From an uncultured Candidatus Saccharibacteria bacterium (GTDB taxonomy: Bacteria; Patescibacteriota; Saccharimonadia; Saccharimonadales; AWTP1-31), in contig CALCZR010000058.1 in NCBI GenBank assembly GCA_937903325.1, positions 193,034-257,033 of the forward strand: a DNA stretch of 64,000 nucleotides, read 5' to 3'. Below, one piece after another: positions 17,096 through 26,045 of the stretch. The notes beneath the pieces are model-generated. The model did no database searches, was not told the origin of the DNA, and saw only the letters and a list, made by a program, of their open reading frames with translations. Both the position numbers and the translations under genes were made by a program. Every line of letters begins with the position of its first letter. Positions within the stretch are counted from its first letter, which is position 1.

Positions 17096-17130
17096 CCCGA
17101 AATCACTAAGATGTGGTGGTGTAAAATTTG

Positions 17131-17811
17131 CTAGCCTAGCGTAACCGTATCAAGACTAGCCACAACTTCTGTATGGTCTTGCCAGCTATCATGTAGTTTG
17201 TCTAAGTGCGCCAGTGTTTCGCTACCGCGGTTAACGATGATTGCCCGAGCCCCTAGGTTGTTAGCGAAAAGTATGTCTACGTATTGGTCGCCAACTACGA
17301 GCGTAGTCGAACCGTCAGGTGGCGCACCATCGAAGACCTCAATAAGTGGCTTGCGATGCGGACCGTCGTCACCAGCAATTACCTGCTCGATAAGGTCCTT
17401 TAGGCTAGAGTTGGCTACGATACTTCTGGGACTACCATTGAGCCTGCCCTTGTGCGCACGGTTCGTAACAATGACTTGCTTAATACCCGCCTCCTTGGCT
17501 CGACGAGCAAGTTCTAGCGCGTCAGCAAACAGATGTTGCTCAGCAACTTCATAGTGTTTGTTCTGCACTTTCAGCCAGTCTTTCATAACAGCCTCTAGTA
17601 CGTCAGGTTCAAGTCCACCGGCAGAATTGTTAACAGAATCCTCAAGTGAACCATGGAAGTTTTGTGACATTACCTCAATAATCGGTACTGGACGTCCGTG
17701 AAGCTTAAGAACCTCACTTGTCACCTCGCAGAAAACCCCGAAGCTGTTAATAAGTGTCCCGTCAAAGTCCCAGACTATAGTCTTGATACCCTTATAGGAC
17801 ACTCCGCTCAT
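17131..17811 (-). CDS. HAD-superfamily phosphatase
   Basis: motif I VWDFDGTL, motif III VGDQYVD. Confidence 0.8.
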   Translation of the reverse strand: MSGVSYKGIKTIVWDFDGTLINSFGVFCEVTSEVLKLHGRPVPIIEVMSQNFHGSLEDSVNNSAGGLEPDVLEAVMKDWLKVQNKHYEVAEQHLFADALELARRAKEAGIKQVIVTNRAHKGRLNGSPRSIVANSSLKDLIEQVIAGDDGPHRKPLIEVFDGAPPDGSTTLVVGDQYVDILFANNLGARAIIVNRGSETLAHLDKLHDSWQDHTEVVASLDTVTLG

Positions 17812-18224
17812 AGCTGTTCGCCTGCTCTTGCTCGGTTAGCCCATTCATCTGCCAGCTCATTACCAGGATCGTCGGCATGGCCGCGCACCCATGTTAACGT
17901 TGCTTGAGATGCCTGGTAGAGCGGGAATACTTCCTGGACGATATCTAAGTTCTTAATAGGTCCACTTTTCTTTTTCCAACCGTTGGCTGCCCAGCCTGGA
18001 GCCCACTTAGTAATCACGTTGATCCAGAACTCACTGTCAGTAAATATCTGACACTGCTCTCCGCCAGAATCCTTAAGGGCCGCCACGATAGCCAATCCTT
18101 CCATACGGATATTAGTTGAGTTCGGATCATTACCGAGTACTGCAGGCTTCATGTTTTTTATCACGGCAAAGCCACCCGGACCAGGGTTAGGGCTGCAGCT
18201 TCCATCAGTGTAATAGGTGATCAT
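17808..18224 (-). CDS. rnhA: ribonuclease HI
   Basis: YTDGSCSPNPGPGG..., E and D catalytic positions, C-terminal GHADDPGNELADEWA. Confidence 0.9.
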   Translation of the reverse strand: MITYYTDGSCSPNPGPGGFAVIKNMKPAVLGNDPNSTNIRMEGLAIVAALKDSGGEQCQIFTDSEFWINVITKWAPGWAANGWKKKSGPIKNLDIVQEVFPLYQASQATLTWVRGHADDPGNELADEWANRARAGEQL

Positions 18225-18940
18225 TTTTGTTCTTCCTTCTGCTTAGAGTTATGGTGATTATGTAACGCTCTGTTAAGCATTTTGTCAGTATTAAAGATAT
18301 ACCACAAGATAGTTGCCGTGTGCCCCAGTCCACGTTTTCTAAACAGTTTTACTTTTACCCCTTCGTCGTGCCAACTTTTCATCTGTTTTGTAGCCGCTTT
18401 GTAATCAACTACGCGGTCTATGGTGCCATTTACAATTACAAATGACTTGTCGTTAAGCAGGCGATCTCCTTCTCGGATTTCTATCTCTTTCCAGACTTCT
18501 GCTAACTTCTCTTTGTTGTAGCCATTCTTTATGAGGGCATCACGAACTGGTTCAAAAGTCTTCATCCAGAAGATACCTTCTGACACGGCGATACCTGCTG
18601 TGGCATACGCCCCTACGAGGGCCTTGGGGATGCGTCGTTGCACATTAAAAGCTATGAAGGCACCGAGACTAACACCCATGCAAATGATGCTGTCGTATTT
18701 ATCAGCCTTTTCTTCAATATGTTCTGTTATGTGATCCATAAGGTCTAAAATCTTCTGTGGATCTCCGTCTAGTAGCACCGCGTTGTCGTAGTCAAAAGCC
18801 ATAACGTCATAGCCACGCTTCTGTAGTTTCTTAATGGAGTACTTAAACTGATTAACTTTGGCCGTAAAGCCGACAACATAACAGACTAACTGATTGTTAC
18901 GCGGCCCAATAGCCTCAAAAAATACACTTCTTGCTTTCAA
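18221..18940 (-). CDS. alpha/beta-fold hydrolase
   Basis: nucleophile elbow GVSLG; C-terminal GLGH; TTG start. Confidence 0.6.
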   Translation of the reverse strand: MKARSVFFEAIGPRNNQLVCYVVGFTAKVNQFKYSIKKLQKRGYDVMAFDYDNAVLLDGDPQKILDLMDHITEHIEEKADKYDSIICMGVSLGAFIAFNVQRRIPKALVGAYATAGIAVSEGIFWMKTFEPVRDALIKNGYNKEKLAEVWKEIEIREGDRLLNDKSFVIVNGTIDRVVDYKAATKQMKSWHDEGVKVKLFRKRGLGHTATILWYIFNTDKMLNRALHNHHNSKQKEEQK

Positions 18941-19018
18941 AGATTCCTCTAGTTCTGGTAGTTATTTCAATCAACCCACCGCATTAAGTGCCTTGCTTTA
19001 GCACGTCTCTATATTGTA

Positions 19019-19657
19019 TCAGCTTGCAACACTATAGTGACACAGCTCGGGTCCGCTCAGACTCTCGACGGCCTTACGGAATTCAACAATAGGTTTTCGC
19101 TGGTAAGCGCCGTCTCCCCGAACGTTTGGGTTATGGAAAATAACTTCTTTGTCAGTGATGTCTATAAGCACAACACGATGCACACTAAAGCCCTCTCCGG
19201 TATCAAGCAGCCTTCCATTAAGTGTCATGTCGCAGATACCTGGTTGCTTTACTGAATCAATAATCTCATTCCAGGTAACGTGCTTTTGGGTATACGTAAA
19301 GTTTGGATGACTGGAAGTTTTTCGTAGTTCATTGGTAACTTGATTGAGATCGTAAGTATTCTTCTCGTAGAACGCGAATTCTTTTTCCGAGACTGAGTTT
19401 CGAAGCCCATCTACCCCATCTTTAAGCCACATCTCGTTACTGCTGACATCCTGGTCGTGAATAATAATTCCATGGTCCATTAGCCAACTCCATACAGGAA
19501 ATGCCCAGACGACATATCCCTCGCGAGCATCTGCTAGCTTTTTGAATTTCCCAAACGTAATTCCCGCGTCAGGCAGTAAGTACTGCCCTACCATGACATA
19601 GCAAGCAAGCGCACACCAGTCGTTATTTGGGTTGCTATAGTATGGAACTTTTTTCAT
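19019..19657 (-). CDS. papain-fold (C39-like) cysteine peptidase, tentative
   Basis: N-terminal NDWCALACYVM (candidate catalytic Cys) and downstream FSVHRVVLIDI...FHNPN (His/Asn). Confidence 0.4.
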   Translation of the reverse strand: MKKVPYYSNPNNDWCALACYVMVGQYLLPDAGITFGKFKKLADAREGYVVWAFPVWSWLMDHGIIIHDQDVSSNEMWLKDGVDGLRNSVSEKEFAFYEKNTYDLNQVTNELRKTSSHPNFTYTQKHVTWNEIIDSVKQPGICDMTLNGRLLDTGEGFSVHRVVLIDITDKEVIFHNPNVRGDGAYQRKPIVEFRKAVESLSGPELCHYSVAS

Positions 19658-19681
19658 GACTTACTTACCAATGACAAAGAA

Positions 19682-20005
19682 TTATTGGACTACGATAACG
19701 CCTTCATCACCAAAGTGATGAGTTATTCTACTACGATCAGGGTCAACAAAAGGATCCATATCTACCTGTTCGATTGTTACCGGAAATGTCGTGCCTAGCG
19801 GCAGATAAACCATGACATCTGAATCTCCATCAATCTGTACAGCTGGTGCTTCTGTTGTTGGCATATCTGTCCGCACCCACGTCTTGGTATCGCTGCCACA
19901 CAAACCGTTGCGGTCCATAACAAAATCGCCGAACGCAAGTTTCCTCTTTTCGTCGTCAGTTAAAGTTATAACCATGTTACCTGGTCGACGGTGTTCAATA
20001 TCCAT
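19682..20005 (-). CDS. hypothetical protein (107 aa)
   Basis: ORF only. Confidence 0.4.
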   Translation of the reverse strand: MDIEHRRPGNMVITLTDDEKRKLAFGDFVMDRNGLCGSDTKTWVRTDMPTTEAPAVQIDGDSDVMVYLPLGTTFPVTIEQVDMDPFVDPDRSRITHHFGDEGVIVVQ

Positions 20006-20070
20006 ACACTACTCCTATTGGACACAGTATACCCTTGCTTGCTGGTTTTTACAGTATTACTAATTACTTA

Positions 20071-21219
20071 TTAGCTATACTTCGGCTCATTCATCCAGAA
20101 GATTACCCACATGACCACCGAGATAACACCAGATGCCAGCAAACCGTATGACAACTCGTAGTTACCAATGAAGTTAACTAACAGCACCAACGTACTGGTT
20201 ACTACTCGGTACAACATACCATACACAGACAAAGCCGTAGCCTGGATATCTTCAGGAACCACTTCCTGGATGTAGGGCTTCACACGAGCAGTGTTAATAC
20301 CCCGAGCAAAGCTGGTGAGCAAGAATAGCGTTACCGTGAATAGGCTTAGCTGCCAACCCATAGCAAAGTACGCCACTGCCGAAATCAGGAACGGCGTAGC
20401 TGGCTTCATCTTTTTGTCACGTGCAACAAACTCACTACCAGCTATAGCGATAATAGAAACAGCAGCAAAAAGTAGGCCGTGGAACTGTATGTCTATACCC
20501 GCTGCCAGCCATGAGGGCGTCATGAACCAGACCATCATCATGGTCGAACCCATCAGACAGGCACCGAGTGCAGAACGCCAAGCTAGCTGCGGATGACCGC
20601 GCAGACAGTACCGCACGATACGACTAACGTCTCGCAGCGGATGGACATCAGTTTTTCGTTTCTCTCCCGCATTCTTAATCTGAAACGCTAGAATTGCAGC
20701 TATCGCGAAGATAATCGCTTGAGCCAAGAAAGGCCACCGTATGTTATGCGCACCCATGAAACCACCTAATATGGCACCTATTCCACTAGCTACGAATCCA
20801 ATGCTTTGCATGCGAGATGCTAGCTTTAGATATGGTAGCTTGCGCTTCTCTGCGTGTGCCTTTAACAGCGCACTGTCTGCGCCACTCGTCAGGCTATACC
20901 CAATACCAAAGAGTACTTCAGCGATAATGGCGTGCCAAAAGCCGGTCGCAACAAAGTAGATCAGCACACCACAGGCCATGAAGATATCTCCACTGGCGTT
21001 ACTAATCTTGCGGCTAACCCTATCGGCGAAGTAGCCGGTAGGAACTTCAAACAATAGCAAAGTAGCCGCAAAGACGAATTGCGTTACACCGATCTGGAAT
21101 TGGTTCATACCCAGACTTTTAAATAGTAGGTATGCTACGGGCATAAACAGGACGAAGCTGGTCATTGCTGATTCTGCAAACAACAGCCATATGTCCCTGC
21201 CCAGTTTGGGGGTTTTCAT
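20071..21219 (-). CDS. MFS transporter
   Basis: about 12 TM segments; GYFADRVSRK loop motif between TM2 and TM3. Confidence 0.7.
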   Translation of the reverse strand: MKTPKLGRDIWLLFAESAMTSFVLFMPVAYLLFKSLGMNQFQIGVTQFVFAATLLLFEVPTGYFADRVSRKISNASGDIFMACGVLIYFVATGFWHAIIAEVLFGIGYSLTSGADSALLKAHAEKRKLPYLKLASRMQSIGFVASGIGAILGGFMGAHNIRWPFLAQAIIFAIAAILAFQIKNAGEKRKTDVHPLRDVSRIVRYCLRGHPQLAWRSALGACLMGSTMMMVWFMTPSWLAAGIDIQFHGLLFAAVSIIAIAGSEFVARDKKMKPATPFLISAVAYFAMGWQLSLFTVTLFLLTSFARGINTARVKPYIQEVVPEDIQATALSVYGMLYRVVTSTLVLLVNFIGNYELSYGLLASGVISVVMWVIFWMNEPKYS

Positions 21220-21252
21220 ATATTTCCTTTGATTAATTGTGAGGTTTTAGTT

Positions 21253-22596
21253 TTAAAGTTCGTCGATGGCTATTCGAGTTTGTTCGGTGGTGTCACGATC
21301 GCGAACGGTGACGGTATTATCTTCGAGTGTCTGGAAGTCGATGGTTACACACTTAGGTGTTCCTATCTCATCTTGGCGACGATAGCGCTTACCAATATTG
21401 CCGTTATCATCCCAGATGACTGATCCGTATTTCTTCTTCATTGCTCCGTAGACTTCACGGGCTTTCTCTACGAGTTCCGGCTTGTTCTTCAACAGCGGTG
21501 ATACCGCCATTTTAATGGGCGCAAGATGGGTTGGAAGTTGTAGATACGTACGGGTTTCCCCATTCTGTTCATCTTGTCGATACGAGCTGTCTATGACTGC
21601 TAGTAAGAGTCGGTCGAGACCAAAGGTTGGCTCAATAACGTGCGGTAGGTACGCGGGACTTCCATCTTTTGGTATGTATTTAAGGTTCTTGCCAGACGCA
21701 TTAGCGTGGGCGTTTAGGTCGTGGTCGGTACGATACGCACACCCACCGAGTTCTTTCTGCCCAATGCTGAAGTCGAATTCGGTATCGATTGAGTGCTTAC
21801 TGTAGTGCGCTCGATCTTCTGCAGGTACTTCAATCTTGTGGAGCTTCTCTGCGGGGAGACCAAGGCTGAGGTAAAAGTCTTGCTGTAGCTGGAGCCACTT
21901 CTCAAACTGTTCTTTCCAAGTATCTGGATGGACAAACAGTTCGATCTCCATTTGCTCCAGTTCCCTAACCCGGAAGATAAAGTCACGGGGACTAATCTCA
22001 TTCCGGAACGCCTTACCAACTTGCGCTAATGCAAATGGTACATCTGGGCTAAAGCTGTCTACCACGTTCTTGAAGTTTACGAACATACCTTGGGCAGTTT
22101 CAGGACGGAGGTAGCTAATAGAGTTTTCGTCGTCTGTTGCACCAACAGCTGTCTTGAACATCATATTGAACTGTCGGATATCGCTGAGTGCATTGCCGTC
22201 CGGACTCTTAATGCCCTTTTCTTTAATGACTGCATCCATTTGTTCAATAGACATTGCAGCGACACCTTCGATACCAAGATCTTCTAGAAGGTTATCTGCA
22301 CGGTAACGCTTCTTGGTCTTTACGTCTTCTACAAGAGGATCGTTAAAGCCATCTACATGACCACTTGCCTGCCAAACCTTCTGGTTCATCAGGATTGCTG
22401 CATCCACACCATAAACGTCGTCGCGACTTTCTACGAAGAAGTTCCACCAGGCGTTAACAATGTTACGCTTCAGTTGAATACCGAGCGGACCGTAGTCCCA
22501 CGTACCAGCTAGACCACCATAGATCTCAGAGCCCTGGAAAATAAAACCACGGCGCTTACACAAACTAACTATGTCTTCTAGCTTAACTTCACTCAT
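21253..22596 (-). CDS. glyQS: glycine--tRNA ligase (alpha2 type)
   Basis: N-terminus IVSLCKRRGFIFQGSEIYGGLAGTWDYGPLG; 447 aa. Confidence 0.9.
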   Translation of the reverse strand: MSEVKLEDIVSLCKRRGFIFQGSEIYGGLAGTWDYGPLGIQLKRNIVNAWWNFFVESRDDVYGVDAAILMNQKVWQASGHVDGFNDPLVEDVKTKKRYRADNLLEDLGIEGVAAMSIEQMDAVIKEKGIKSPDGNALSDIRQFNMMFKTAVGATDDENSISYLRPETAQGMFVNFKNVVDSFSPDVPFALAQVGKAFRNEISPRDFIFRVRELEQMEIELFVHPDTWKEQFEKWLQLQQDFYLSLGLPAEKLHKIEVPAEDRAHYSKHSIDTEFDFSIGQKELGGCAYRTDHDLNAHANASGKNLKYIPKDGSPAYLPHVIEPTFGLDRLLLAVIDSSYRQDEQNGETRTYLQLPTHLAPIKMAVSPLLKNKPELVEKAREVYGAMKKKYGSVIWDDNGNIGKRYRRQDEIGTPKCVTIDFQTLEDNTVTVRDRDTTEQTRIAIDEL

Positions 22597-22604
22597 TAGC
22601 GGTG

Positions 22605-22610
22605 ATTATA
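22605..22610 (-). promoter_or_regulatory. TATAAT element, 8 nt upstream of the glyQS ATG
   Basis: plus strand ATTATA; ATG at 22596..22594; no SD in between. Confidence 0.4.
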
Positions 22611-22617
22611 ACAGATA

Positions 22618-23223
22618 TTAGCCCCGCAAGGCGAGCTGTCCTAAATCAGGATAAGGTACGTCAACTGGACGAGGAGCAGAAATACCTTCCCTAAATGGAA
22701 CACTTAACATACGTGATATCACATTAAGTGCTTCAACGTATCCATTCGTGTGAGGGCTCGAGGTGCTAAAAACTGACTCCCACTCACCGTCCTTGAAGCC
22801 ATTAATAGCAACATCTCCTGCTCGCCCCAGACCAAAGACCAAGGTATCGTACAGATTTGGTTCAACCTGTTCTGAAAACAAGTCACTGCTGGCATCGCCA
22901 ATCACCGGAAGTGCTAGAGGCAAGCGCTCAGTATGATGGCGAGACCTGTGGAGATTATCAATCGATACCACTATGCCATCTTGATCAGCCGCAACCCCAA
23001 GATCTAGCCTCATCTTACTGGTCCTACCTGCCGCAATAATTTCGTGATCAACGACAGGGCGACCCCCTGAGAGTACCGGTACACTTACGTCCCAAGCAAC
23101 TTGCGCGCCTTCGCCGTAGAAGTCTGTGAATGCTTTGAAATGCTCACCAGAAAAAATATTCCTAGAGAGTACATTACCTAGGGGTGCTCCACGCTGTGAT
23201 TCTGTAACGCTGTAAGCAGTCAT
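22618..23223 (-). CDS. hypothetical protein (201 aa)
   Basis: ORF only; lies between glyQS and recO. Confidence 0.45.
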   Translation of the reverse strand: MTAYSVTESQRGAPLGNVLSRNIFSGEHFKAFTDFYGEGAQVAWDVSVPVLSGGRPVVDHEIIAAGRTSKMRLDLGVAADQDGIVVSIDNLHRSRHHTERLPLALPVIGDASSDLFSEQVEPNLYDTLVFGLGRAGDVAINGFKDGEWESVFSTSSPHTNGYVEALNVISRMLSVPFREGISAPRPVDVPYPDLGQLALRG

Positions 23224-23262
23224 AATAAGTATATTGTAACATAAATAGTAATATTTTACAAT

Positions 23263-23952
23263 CTATACCCTCACGTTTTGGGCCAGCATGGTTTTGGTCA
23301 ACTGAACCAAGGGTTTAAGTAGGTCCTGCACCCCTTCTACCTTTGCCAGTTGCATCGGTGTCGTACGTTGCACAAGCCGCAATAGTTTCAAGTGTTTACC
23401 ACTAAATCTACCCGACGGATGCTCAGCAAACGTCATGTCTTCAAAACTAAAGTTATACAGCCCGGCTTCTGCCAATGCTTTCCCCTCTGTATCTGTTAAC
23501 AGGTTTGGAGAGTGCCCGCTAAAATCCAATAGTCGCACAGTCAGCCACAGCTGCACATATTCAGTTCCAACGTCTGCAATATTAAGCGCCGTAAGGCAGT
23601 TCTGGAGGATATCGAAGTACTCGGACTCAGGTGAATCTTCGGTAACCTTGTTAAGGAGCTTTAATACCTCGTAGGCATACATCGTCCGGTTTACATCTTT
23701 AATAATATTGCCGTAGTTGGTCTGCAAGCGCGAAGATATGAGCGTTCCCAGTTCACTCCGCCCCTCTATATAGGTAATATCGTTCACACTAAATAACTCA
23801 ATGCCGCCAGCCATGCGACTTTTAATCTTCCGCACTCCTTTGGCGAGTAAACGAATCTTCCCTTTATCTGGGGTGAGTACCGTCAGTATGCGGTCTGCTT
23901 CACCATAGTTAGTCCGGGAAAGCATAATGCCAGTCGTTACTTGTTGCTTCAT
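23263..23952 (-). CDS. recO: DNA repair protein RecO
   Basis: N-terminal OB-fold pattern GIMLSRTNYGEADRILTVLTPDKGKIRLLAKGVRK. Confidence 0.85.
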   Translation of the reverse strand: MKQQVTTGIMLSRTNYGEADRILTVLTPDKGKIRLLAKGVRKIKSRMAGGIELFSVNDITYIEGRSELGTLISSRLQTNYGNIIKDVNRTMYAYEVLKLLNKVTEDSPESEYFDILQNCLTALNIADVGTEYVQLWLTVRLLDFSGHSPNLLTDTEGKALAEAGLYNFSFEDMTFAEHPSGRFSGKHLKLLRLVQRTTPMQLAKVEGVQDLLKPLVQLTKTMLAQNVRV

Positions 23953-24332
23953 GTCGTCAATGCTGGTTGTAGTATTTTCTCAATAGCCTGTACAAGTTGT
24001 GCAAGTGTTGTACTTGGCTTATACAGATAGTCGGCGATATTTAGTCGAGCTAGTGCATCCTCTGCAAGCTGACCTTTACGCACATTCGTGTGTAGTATCA
24101 CTGGTATACTTTGCCACTCGCTGTAAGATCGCATTTCATACAGGAACTCCACACCGTTGTGTACAGCCAAGTTTAGTTCAAGAACAACGACGTCAACGGA
24201 TGCTTCATCCAACGCCATGACGGCACTCTCGGCTGTTTGTCGCCAGACTACTTTGTAGTCTTTACGTTCCAAATACGTTTGCTGGGTCTGTGCAAGTAGC
24301 TTGTCCGGTTCAATAAGCAGAATAGTCTTCAT
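23949..24332 (-). CDS. stand-alone receiver (REC) domain protein with Glu at the phospho-acceptor position
   Basis: REC pattern with conserved T (ILHTN) and K (YKPS), but VVVLELNL where DxxMP-type Asp is expected (E52) and IEPD instead of the DD pair. Confidence 0.7.
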   Translation of the reverse strand: MKTILLIEPDKLLAQTQQTYLERKDYKVVWRQTAESAVMALDEASVDVVVLELNLAVHNGVEFLYEMRSYSEWQSIPVILHTNVRKGQLAEDALARLNIADYLYKPSTTLAQLVQAIEKILQPALTT

Positions 24333-24335
24333 GCC

Positions 24336-25067
24336 CTATACCAGTACAAGTTGTTGGCTTGGCACAAAGGTTGCCGCCAAACCTGTTAGTTTCTGGTGGT
24401 GAGCTACACGCAGCCCTCCGGACATATTCTTGAGCAGTGCGTCGGCTACGAATATGCCAGCGCCAGTAGTAGATGTCACCTGGTTAAGTGGCGTAGCTGC
24501 TTGTCCGTATACCTGCCGTGCTCGACGAAACATATCGGTACTTAGTCCTTCTACGTCAGCGAATATACCAGCTACAATGCCATGCCTCGTACGATGTGCT
24601 GCAAGCTTCAAAACCGGCCGATGAGTGTGCGTCCGCTGACTTTGGGTTTCGAGAAAAACCGTTCCAAGATCTAGTAGTGCTGCCGACAGCCCTGCTGAAT
24701 GCGCCATGATCGGCTCATATCTCCCGGCGATATGGAGTTCAATGTCACAGAGATACTGTTGGGCTGCCTTCTCTAGTTTATGGGCCACTTCTGTCAGGCT
24801 GGCAGCTAAAGACACCGGCTCTAGATTCAGCTCTGTTCCCGCTCGCTGCAACCGAAGGCTCAAGAGGTAATGGTCGAGTAATTGAGTAGCGGCGTCTGCC
24901 GTAGACTCGATATTCCGTAGCAAAACTACATCTGGACTTTCTACCAGTAGTTCTGCCGTACGGGCGATGGTTGTAAAGGGTTGTTTGAGGCTTTCAGCTA
25001 GCACTGCAAATAGCCGTGCCTCCGGCAAATCTGCATAACTTTTTTGATCATTTTGCAAAGCTGTCAA
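24336..25067 (-). CDS. cytoplasmic histidine-kinase-like protein lacking the phospho-acceptor His
   Basis: H-box-like FAVLAESLKQPFTTI aligns to SHELRTPLTSI with Glu (E25) at the His position; degenerate N/G1 boxes, G2-like TTGAGIFV; no TM; TTG start. Confidence 0.55.
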   Translation of the reverse strand: MTALQNDQKSYADLPEARLFAVLAESLKQPFTTIARTAELLVESPDVVLLRNIESTADAATQLLDHYLLSLRLQRAGTELNLEPVSLAASLTEVAHKLEKAAQQYLCDIELHIAGRYEPIMAHSAGLSAALLDLGTVFLETQSQRTHTHRPVLKLAAHRTRHGIVAGIFADVEGLSTDMFRRARQVYGQAATPLNQVTSTTGAGIFVADALLKNMSGGLRVAHHQKLTGLAATFVPSQQLVLV

Positions 25068-25142
25068 AACCGTCCCCTCGCTTAGCTACTCGTAGTATAC
25101 ATGAGCCGAACCTGCTGTTCTGTTTTAGTTTTGACTACGAGG

Positions 25143-25811
25143 CTATGGAACAAACGTCAGATTAGGCAAGATAGTATCGTTAAAGTCAGGTACAAACTGT
25201 GAAGCTTCGGTCCAGATCTTCAATGTCTTATCTCGAAGCGGTAACAGAACCAACGCACCAGTCTTTCCGGTCATTATTTCACCTTCAGCCCGTACGCCGA
25301 TGGCACTTCGTACCTTAGCAGCTACAAACGGTGTGGTCCTGATCTTCCCTGACTTAACAAGTGCCTCAAGGCTTCGAGCATTCGTAGCGTATGTACTGTT
25401 AATAACCTGGAAGCGAAGTGCAACATTAGAGTTTGTTTGCAATCCTGGTACAAAAGCAGGGTTTAAATAGCCGTCTACCGGACTACTGCTACTGGATTTA
25501 CCTGATTCATCGATATACGCTGCCCAGGTTTTTGGGTAGCTAATCGTCAAGCTACCGTAAGCCGTTGGACCGGTATAGGTACGAAGTGGGTTTTTCTCTT
25601 TTTCAGCAAACTCAACTTCTTTTTTCTCGCTGAGTTTCTTTTCGGCATCTTCTACCGCTGCAGAAATCTTGGTCTCTACGTTATTCTTGTAATCCTGCCG
25701 AGATGAAAACATCGACATACCAAAGCCAAGTGCCGCAATAAGAAGCACGACCGTCAGCCCAAATGCAATAAGCCAGGAATCAACAACACCTTGCTGATTT
25801 AGTTTCTTCAT
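25143..25811 (-). CDS. hypothetical membrane-anchored protein
   Basis: single N-terminal TM (WLIAFGLTVVLLIAALGFGM), then a soluble domain. Confidence 0.5.
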   Translation of the reverse strand: MKKLNQQGVVDSWLIAFGLTVVLLIAALGFGMSMFSSRQDYKNNVETKISAAVEDAEKKLSEKKEVEFAEKEKNPLRTYTGPTAYGSLTISYPKTWAAYIDESGKSSSSSPVDGYLNPAFVPGLQTNSNVALRFQVINSTYATNARSLEALVKSGKIRTTPFVAAKVRSAIGVRAEGEIMTGKTGALVLLPLRDKTLKIWTEASQFVPDFNDTILPNLTFVP

Positions 25812-25852
25812 ACCGCTAATGGTAGCATATCTGGCCAGTGCTGCGCTAGCAG

Positions 25853-26041
25853 CTACTCGCCCTTTAGCTTCAGTACTTTATTCTCAGCTTGTTTTAGATA
25901 CGTTTCGAGCTGCTTAGTGAGCTTAATAGCATGTTCGTACTTAGCTATTGCCTCATCTACATCAATGTCTTCACCCTCGAACCACATGAGTAATTCATCT
26001 AGCTCTGTTCGGAGGTCTGCATATGTTTTAGTAGTTGCCAT
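25853..26041 (-). CDS. xseB: exodeoxyribonuclease VII small subunit
   Basis: 62 aa helical protein directly downstream of xseA; typical L..IV..LE-like pattern. Confidence 0.8.
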   Translation of the reverse strand: MATTKTYADLRTELDELLMWFEGEDIDVDEAIAKYEHAIKLTKQLETYLKQAENKVLKLKGE

Positions 26042-26045
26042 TGTT

